Source of the DNA: the human T2T-CHM13v2.0 reference genome, Homo sapiens
Strand: one strand, 5' to 3'
DNA length: 64,000 nt
Assembly (NCBI RefSeq): GCF_009914755.1
Contig: NC_060932.1
Shown one piece after another: positions 55,046-64,000 of this stretch. The position numbers and the translations under genes were made by a program. The notes beneath the pieces were generated by a model. The model did not search any database. It saw only the letters and a program-made list of their open reading frames with translations, and had not been told where the DNA came from. Numbering within the stretch: position 1 is the first letter of the stretch; the number at the start of each line of letters is the position of its first letter.

Positions 55046-56242
55046 TCAGAAGGCTCTATGCCCTCCTCCAGACTGCTGTGTCCTCCTCCAGTGGCACATG
55101 TCACTGATGATTGAGATGTAAGAGAGTTTGCGTGTCGCTTATCTGCATCCCCTCAAAATAGCCCACATTTCTAGATCTGACTGACCTCCCTATTCAGAAC
55201 ATGCGGGTTTTAACACTCTCTCTCATCTCAATTACTTTCTTTTCTACCTAGTCTACTACTTGAGAAAGTCTAACTGCTTGAGAAGTTTAGATGAGAGTCA
55301 TCTAAACTCATGAGAATACTTTGTAAGACCAGTTTCCACTGAGACTTTTGTGGCAGCTGTGGGTCCTTTGCTTCTGACAGAATTATTAAGCTGACCTGAA
55401 AACTCAACAACTTGAAAGACTAAGGTGCAGGATAGAAAAACAGAACAAAACTGTAGTTTGGTAATGCAACACCACCGATTAAGTACAGAAAGGCAGGTAG
55501 AAACTAATTTTTTGTTAGCATTTTAGTAGAGAAGATGGCACACTGGATATCCATGAGAATATAGCCTGCTTCCTGACAGATAACAGGCTTACTACATCTG
55601 CTTATAAACTGTGCTCTACTTTTTCATCATACCTAATATTCAGACTCTACTTTTCAATGATACTTCATTTAAACTGATGAGAATTGGTTTTCACACATTT
55701 CCATAAGTGCAATATGACTCTGTTTTGCTCAAGTTCATGAAACCCACATACAGGTTTCAACAAAATAGGTCTTTTCTTCAGGAAGTTCTTCTAGTTACCA
55801 AAGGAAAGCATTTTAAGGAATCAATATTTGTTCCAAGTCATTCTTTCTAATGCCATGACTTAAGGACAATATACATTTGCCCTACTCACACTGGTATTGT
55901 GATTCAAATGAGAAACATCAGTCACAAACATGAGAAACTTGGAATAAAACTTTAGTCCAAGCTCAGCCACTTCCAAATATGTCACTGTCCTTCCCTCCTG
56001 CCTACCACATCTTGGAGTTTGCAGATCTGCTGAAATTCTGGACTCCACCGCTCATTCCACTTCAAAGCTTTGGCATGGCTCATAGTCCTAGTTGTGTGAT
56101 GAAATCCCTCCTGGCAGTTGATACCTCCCTTCTCTCTTGATGGTGTCACCAACATTCCCAAATCATCCTTAGTGCATCCCTTCCTTTTCTGATAGGAGAA
56201 TTTGAGGATGTCACTCTCCTTTCCATGGCTTCCCATTGCCCA

Positions 56243-56580
56243 TAGTGGTCTCGAATTTACTCTGCATCATAATCTCCTAGGGAACCTCGCCCTCAACCCA
56301 AAGATTGTGATTTACTAGATGAGACCTTCTCAGTTATCTTCATGTCTAACAAGTACCCTAGAGTAGTGTTTCTCAAACTTAAATAAGCCTACAAATCACC
56401 TGGGGGTCTTATTAAAATGCAGAATGTGATTCAACAGGACTGGAAGTGGGCCTGAGACACTGAGTTCTAACAAGCTCCTAGGTGAAACTAATGCTGCTGG
56501 TCCACAAAACAAACTTTGGACAGTGAAGTACTAGAGGATTCTCATGCAGGTGGTCAAAAACACTTACCTAGACTTGAGGA
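56243..56580. mobile_element. MER5A1-like MITE (56364-56528) nested in an older MER5
   Basis: Inner element tagtgtttctcaaactt...aatcacctggggg...taacaagctccc...gctgctggtcc is flanked by ccctagag/tactagag. The outer MER5 resumes with gattctcatgcaggtggtc. Confidence 0.65.
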
Positions 56581-56876
56581 TCAAAGAGCATCTGGCAAGG
56601 ACTGTTTCCAACACATACAGCTTTATCTCCCAACACTGACTTTTAGGATTTGTTTCCTTGCTGCCTCCCATTCTCAAATATGTTCCAGCCCTGTTCTTTA
56701 TGTCTTGGCAGTGCTGAACTACACATACTCCTGCAAACATGACAGGAAAACAGCTGCTTCCATGCCCTTCCTCTGAGTATCCATCAGGTTAAGTCCTATT
56801 CATCTGTTAACTGAGCCATTGCTGGTGTTTCTCCTATGAAGCCCTCTCTGACTCACCCAGGCAGACTTGGGCATTC

Positions 56877-56996
56877 TTTTTCTTTTTTTTTTTTCAAAGA
56901 CAGGATCTCGTTCTGTCACCCAGGCTGGAGTGCAGTGGCACAATCTCGGCTCACTGCAACCTTGGTATCCCTGGTTCAAGCAATTCTCCTGCCTTA
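56877..56996 (-). mobile_element. Alu right-arm fragment (within an L2 remnant spanning about 56690-57210)
   Basis: Poly(T), then tctgtcacccaggctggagtgcagtggcacaatctcggctcactgcaacct...ttcaagcaattctcctgcct. Confidence 0.88.
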
Positions 56997-57748
56997 TCCT
57001 CTATTTGGATTGCACCTTGTATCTGGGCCCTTCAACCATTGTCTTTAACAATGATTATGTGTATTGCAGTTGTTACTTGGAATGTTTCTCTCTCCTCTCT
57101 GACTTTAGGGCTTCTGTCTTTTCACCTTTGTATTCCAAGCTCCTATGATAGCACCTGGCACATAAAAGGCCCTAAGTAAAGGTTTGTTAGGCCACAGAAT
57201 GAGTAAGTGAACACTCGCTATGATGAAGTGGAGGGGAGTTATCTCTCTTTATCTATGTTGGATGTGTCTGGCTCTTTCATCTAACTTCCCTCTTTGAGTT
57301 TATTGGAGCCCCCTTGCCTTGACTGCCTGACCCATATCCCTCAGTGAGTAAGTTATAAAAGAGCCTTAGTGACACTGAGCTGCACCACCTCAAAATAATC
57401 CTTACACTTAGATTTCCAACTTAAGCTCCTATCCATGACTTAAGTATTGTAATTCTCTTCCTTCTCAGTCATTTTCTTTACTATCTAGTGATTGTTCTTT
57501 TTTTCTAACTTGGAGAGTTGAGATGAATAAATGGATGAATGAAGGACAGAAAGAATGAAGTCTAGATAGGTGTCAGCTCTGAAGCTTCTAGTCATTGTTT
57601 TTCTTATATGCTTTATCAGCATATGCCTGCATCTGTGTGCATAGGTCCAATTTTAAAGTGGAAAGACAACTTAAATTCTCTCCAGGAACCTTTACTAATT
57701 AAGCCAAATGTCCATGAATGAAATATTTATTTTAAAAAGAGGCTTTAC

Positions 57749-58375
<627 letters not shown>

Positions 58376-59875
58376 TAAAAATGAAGTAACAGCTTCACTT
58401 TTTGGCATTTTTCTTATGCTTTTTGCTTGTTTCAACATAGTATAGACTCAGTTCTGATATTCATTATTTTTCCAACTTACGAATATTCTACGGCCACATT
58501 AACTGCTCGCTGGTTGATGAAGAGTGTTCATTTGTTATAAATAATTGCACAAATAAAGTTAGACACATTTGTCAACCTTATCAAAAAGTCAACATTATAA
58601 CCACAAATTAAAATGTTATTTTGAAGCAGGTATTTAAGGAGTAAATATTTTATTTATCTTCCAACTAATCACTTTCTAAAGAATCTTTATAAGAGATAGT
58701 TTACACCACATTGTTTTTAAGGAATGCATTTTACTTTTTGTCAAAAATATGTTATTTGTTTTTAACCTAAGTGTATACAGACTGTATTTTGACAACCATG
58801 ATCTGGAATTGATTTAGTGTCCACCTGTGTTTATTTTCTTCTCAAAAGAAGTCTGTACACTAACTAATATATCAGTCAATGGCAATTTCCAGTTGTTATT
58901 AATATCAATATAAACAAATATTTCCTAGAGTATTAAATAAATTAATCAAGGCGGTTTCCATCAAACATGCTGAAATGTATTCCCATAATCTCGAGTGGCT
59001 TATATGTGATAATATTTATCATTTTAATTTAGTTCCACAAATACTGTGGCACATTAAAGAGAGATGGCAATAAACTACAGTTCATCCAAGGAAGGGTTCA
59101 CAGGAATGGTGAGGACTATTCATGTTTTAGTGTCTGAAAACCCTAGATCTTCTCAATATATAAATTTATGTTAAGCTAGTTTGCTTTCATTATAGAAATG
59201 CATAGATTTCTATAAGTAAATATAAGATTTTGCATTTATAAATATTTCAACTTACTAGTTTAGGATCAGTTCATGTTCCATACTTTTAATTTTAATCACA
59301 AATCCACTATATTATTTATTCCTAGCAACTGAAAAGAGTGATAGACTTTACTTTTTCTCTGCCCAAATTGTTGGAAAAAAAAAAAAAAAGATTGTGACAG
59401 GGACAGTTACATAGAAGGTGCCACAGAAGACCCTCTCATGTTTTGCATCACTGACTCTTAACCTTGAGAAGAGCTTAACTTCCTTAAATGTTTCCTCCAA
59501 GAAACAATAAAATGTAACTTAACTTTTTTCTAAAATTACTATCCCAGTGAGATCTATAATACTACATTGTCAAAAATAATTTTTTATTGAAACATCCTTG
59601 TCAGTAGATTCAGATTTATTTTTTCCTACTTTTGTAGGAAGGAACATTTCTTCAAGGATAATGGTAATCATTCAGATTTCCTTTTCTTTTTTCTTGATGT
59701 CTTAGTGAAATGAGCAGATTGTCACCTTATTTAGTCTTATTTGGAAACCTTCCAGTTTTCACTTATAGCTGACATTTTGTTTTACTCATTTAAGGAGTAA
59801 ATAATTAGTTGATTTTTTTGTTTTATGGTTACCTAAACTCAAATATGAATTTATTTCAATATTTTCATTTTTCAG

Positions 59876-59973
59876 AATATTTTTCTCAGCACTTGGGCGA
59901 GTATGAGAATGTACTAGCAGCACTTGAAGACCTGAATCTTTCCATCCTGAAGGCAATGGGCAAAACAAAGAAA
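59876..59973 (+). CDS. NECAB1: NECAB1 coding exon (probably exon 5), 98 nt, (E)[32 protein letters not shown]
   Basis: Acceptor attttcatttttcAG, donor AAA|GTAAGA. Open and in frame with the previous two exons; matches recalled NECAB1 sequence. Confidence 0.96.
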
Positions 59974-60238
59974 GTAAGAAAATGTTAATGTTTATTTTCT
60001 ATAAAAATCTCTTCTTTGAAAAAGATTTTTCTTGAAAATCATACCTATTTTCAACTATAGATTCTTTATTATCACTGATAGTTTATTTTTCTTCATACTA
60101 AATGAGCTATGTTATTCATTTGTAACATAATTATAAACACTATATGCTAAAGACTGTGCTTTGTGTTGAGGATACAAAGATACAAAGAGCTGTTAGAATA
60201 GCTCTCAGCCTGGTGGTGATACAAGTGTGTTAACTAAG

Positions 60239-60634
60239 TAGTATGTTTTGGATCTTGTCCCTCCCCAAATCCCATGTCGAATTGTAATCCCCAGTGCTGG
60301 AGGTGGGGCCTGGTGGGAGATGATTGGATCATGGATCACCAATCCCCCAGTGCTGTTCTCCTGATGTTGAATGAGTGAGTTATCATGCAATCTGGTTGTT
60401 TAAAAGTGTATGGCGCCTCCTCCGCCCCTCTCCTTCCTCCTCTGGCCATGTGACATGCCTTGCTTCTCCTTTGCCTTCCACCATGATTGAAAGCTCCCTG
60501 AGGCCTCCCCAGAAACAGAAGCCACTATGCTTCCTGTACAGCCTGCAGAACTGTGAGCCAATTAAACCTCCTTTCTTTATAAATTACCCAGCCTCAGGTA
60601 TTTCTTTATAGCAATGAGGGAACTGACTAATGTG
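60239..60634 (+). mobile_element. MSTA/MSTB solo LTR inserted into a minus-strand L2 (about 60110-61120)
   Basis: cgaattgtaatccccagtgctggaggtggggcctggtgggag...tgtgagccaattaaacctc...tttctttatagcaatg. Perfect 5-bp TSD ctaag at 60234-60238 and 60635-60639. Confidence 0.9.
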
Positions 60635-61409
60635 CTAAGCATTACAGTATAGCCCAATGAGAAGCACAAGATAAGACATCTAATTCATGCTGGAGATGAG
60701 ATGACACCTGAACACTGAGAGATAAAGGAAGTTGGTAGAGCTGGACAAAGGAGACAAACACAGGGAACAGCACGTGCAGAGGCTCTGAGTCAAGAGGGTC
60801 ACAGGACACTCTAGGAAATGAAGCTGGACAGTAAGGATAAAGTACCAAAGAGTGGCATGATGTAAGATGAAACTGGAGTGCTAGGGAGGGCCCACATCTT
60901 TCATGATGTCAGCAAAGCTAAGGATTTAGGCCTGTATCCTAAGTGCAAATAAATCAGCAAATAATTTAAGCAGAAATAAAAACAAAAAACCTCATGCAGT
61001 CTTTCAAAAAGACCATACAAGAATTAACTTGGGATTGGGGTGGATAATATAGAGGAATAGGATCAGAAAGATGAGTGAGTAGGCTAGTTCATTAGTCTGG
61101 GTAAGAAATGTTGATATTTGGAAAACAACAAAGACTCAACTGAATTTTGAAAAATAAAGTTCAGAAAGTCCCCTAAAACTTCAAGGAAAACAGAAAATAT
61201 AAGAAAATTGGAGCACCAGCCTAGTGTATCCTATATCCAAATAACAAATTCCAAAAAGAGAGAGAGAGAAAAAAAAAAAGGAAAACAGGTAAAAGGTGGA
61301 ATCAGAATACATTTTCTTTAGACCTCTTCAGGAATATTTGGAAACTGTATAATAACTTCATCCCTTGGAAACTTCTCTCCAGAAATGGCCATTAAAAAAT
61401 TATCTGCTT

Positions 61410-61765
61410 TGTGTGTCTAGCTTCTTCTTGCTCTTCAAGTCTCATCTTAAATACCATGGCCTCAGAAAGGTCTTCTCTGACCACTCTATCTAAAAAAAAA
61501 GAAAAGGTCATCTCAATTAGAGTAGATCACCTGTTCCTTGCTGGCAATTTATCATAATCAGTGAGTAACTGTGCAATGTTTTTGTTGTTGTTTATTTGTT
61601 GTCTGTAAAGAGAGAGAAGGGCAGTGTCTGGTTTTTTGTTTTTTTAGGTTTTTTTGTTTTGTTTTTGGCTTACCGTGTTTACTCTGAACCTAGCATAGGA
61701 CCTGACAATTAAAATCATACTCAAAAATTTATTGATGGATTAAATTAATTGATTGGTTAAATGAA
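61410..61765 (+). mobile_element. L2 LINE 3' remnant
   Basis: ctcttcaagtctcatcttaaat...ctcagaaaggtcttctctgaccactctatctaa...acctagcataggacctgaca...actcaaaaatttattga. Confidence 0.7.
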
Positions 61766-64000
61766 CACACATATAGCTCCAAAAGCTAAATACTTTTGCT
61801 CCTGAAAGAAAAATTGCTCCTAAGTTAATTTAAGAAGCTTCCAGATTGCCTCTAATAGGAAGAAAAAAACAAGTTATATAATCTTCTTTATTTCCTCAGA
61901 AATATGCACTAAAATCATGCTGTTTTCCTTGTATTAAGACAATGAGATTTTGTGGGATTTAAATTGAGGTCAACCTGTTGTTTTGGTTTCTTAAGTTACA
62001 AAATCTTTTTCTTGGCACTGACCCTTAAAAATGCATGTGATTCATATTATACTGTTTAACCAAGAAAAACATATGTCTCTGATTTAAATTAAAAAGGAAA
62101 AAGAAAAAAAAGAAATAGTCAAAATTAAAATTAGAAAAAGCCCCTTTGTGTAATAGCTCAAAGATGAGTAAAATGCAAGAGTTTTGACGTTTCTCAAGCC
62201 ACTGTTGAATAGACATCTTCACGCTGTCTAGCACATGGACCCTTCAGAATGAGAAATCTAGCATTTTTCTCTATATTTCTACCCAGATAAAAAGTCCTGT
62301 CTCAGTAGGAAGATCTGATTGTTCTAGGGTTTTATGAAAAATGAAATACAAGCCTTTTGTGATCTATCTTGACTGGCAGTACCTCTGTTTGCAGTGTCAG
62401 AGAATGGATAAAATGGGATTTAGCTGCCTACCTTAAACTCCAGGAAGTGACTGAGGACAGATACAATCCGTCATTATTTTCCCTCCTCCTCCTTCTCCCT
62501 TAACCCCAGCCTTTTGTCATATCCTCAAGGGCTACATGGATTATTTTACTTTGCTTGTTATTCTGGAACAAAACACCATAGGTCAAATTCCAAATGGCCA
62601 TTTGAAAGTCCCAGAGGTAACTGAAACCAGAACCCTCTGTCTGAATTTGGAATGTCTCACATACACACAAAAAAATAGCTTTGTCAATTAGTTTTTCTTC
62701 TTTCTACAGGGTAGAGGTGATAAGCTAACTTGCAGCATTAGTATGTGAAGTGCTTGTAATCTCAAAAGCAAATGTAGAATTCTGATGCTACGGCTGAATT
62801 CATCACGTGCTATGTTATATAAACACAAATGGGATTCCCTGTTTATTAGTAGGGCTTAAAAGGAGATTATCATAAGCTAAAGTGAAGAATGGCATTCTTA
62901 AAATAATTATTTGGGGTTTGTTAGTTACTTTAATGAGTGCAGCCGTGAAATTTTCCAAAATTAAAATGTATATATATTTTTTCTTCTGACAGTTATTTTT
63001 CAAACAAACACAGCCTACAATACATTTTCAATAATTCTAAGAAAGAAATAGACTTGAATCCTAGCACTGCCGGGCCTCTGCCTCTCTCTTACTCTCCTAC
63101 ATCTGTCTTCAGGATCTGTGTTGATTTTAGCATCTACAGATCCCTTTATCTCAATCTTTTCATCTCTCCTCTATCTCTAGTTTTTTTATGTTGAGCATCT
63201 GGGCCTCCCAGGGCTCCATAGTCCTTTCACTAAAGATCACAATCATTTTATTTGAGTCTTACTATGAAAAAGATGAAATAGCAATAGGACACAGAATTTC
63301 TATTTGGGACAAACATCATTACTATAATTTTATGTAGGACTTATTATTAAAATTTTCCCTTGTTTTAGGCAAAATATCCAAGCTGAAATGATACCATATG
63401 TGGCATAGTAAAATACCCTTGTAGGCTTACAGAAGGCAAGCATTTTAATTATTCATGATAGTTTCATTGCAATCCTTTACGTATTCAATCCTTAAGTATT
63501 TAAAAATAAAATGAAAAAATTATCCTTGGACTTCAGAGCAACCACAAAAAATACTTTTTAAACCGTTTATTTGACATCTTCTTTTTTCCTTGAAATTATC
63601 TGTCAAAATGAGTTTGCTTAGGGGAGAGGAAGTAGAGACTAGGAGGATGGAAAATAGGAGAGAAGTGTCTTGAGGTTGCAAGTTTGGTTCAATAGGACAG
63701 AAGCCCTGAGTCAGGCCCAAGCCTTGGAATCCTCCATGCAGCCCTGGCCAGACTTCTGCCCAACACCTGGCAAAGGGGAACTCAATGCCTCTGGAAAGGT
63801 TGCTCAATGAAGTAAGGAGGAACATATTCTCTCATATCAGACCCTAGTTATCCTGAAGGACTCTGCAGTACCTACTTCCTGGACAGAGAAACCTCCACCT
63901 CTAACTGGGTAAGGAGGAGATAGAACTGAGATGAGAGCCCTAACCCTTCTAATTCATGTGAGCATGACTTTGGGTATAATTTAAAGGTGATAAAATACCA

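Noticed and set aside
59786-59968. Antisense 60-aa ORF over exon 5
   Set aside because: Shadow of the coding exon with no independent support.
62690-62720. Strong acceptor tttttcttctttctacAG after exon 5
   Set aside because: Downstream sequence does not encode the expected next NECAB1 residues (DYQEAS..., from memory) and there is no convincing donor; exon 6 appears to lie outside the window.

Overview
Human genomic DNA (a young AluYb8 at 54039 is a human-specific lineage), AT-rich and almost entirely intronic. Three spliced + strand coding exons (3523-3631, 50963-50988, 59876-59973) have canonical AG/GT ends and compatible phases. They join into ...[78 protein letters not shown]..., which I recognise as the EF-hand region of NECAB1 (probably exons 3-5; numbering is from memory). 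The introns (47,331 bp and 8,887 bp) are full of transposable elements. These include a two-LTR MER31-like ERV1 provirus with tRNA-His PBS, PPT and gag/integrase/env remnants, full-length THE1 and MSTA MaLR elements, several solo LTRs, about 9 Alus, L1/L2/MIR/CR1 fragments, and Tigger/hAT MITEs. None of the six-frame ORFs is a credible stand-alone gene. I found no convincing new biological system. The best leads are a possible recursive-splice/poison micro-exon at 22809-22831, an in-frame cryptic acceptor and ORF after exon 4, an apparently L1-retroposed LTR transcript end nested in the provirus, and several template-switch or palindromic structures. Repeat family names come from recalled consensus sequences and need Dfam/RepeatMasker confirmation; old-repeat boundaries are approximate.
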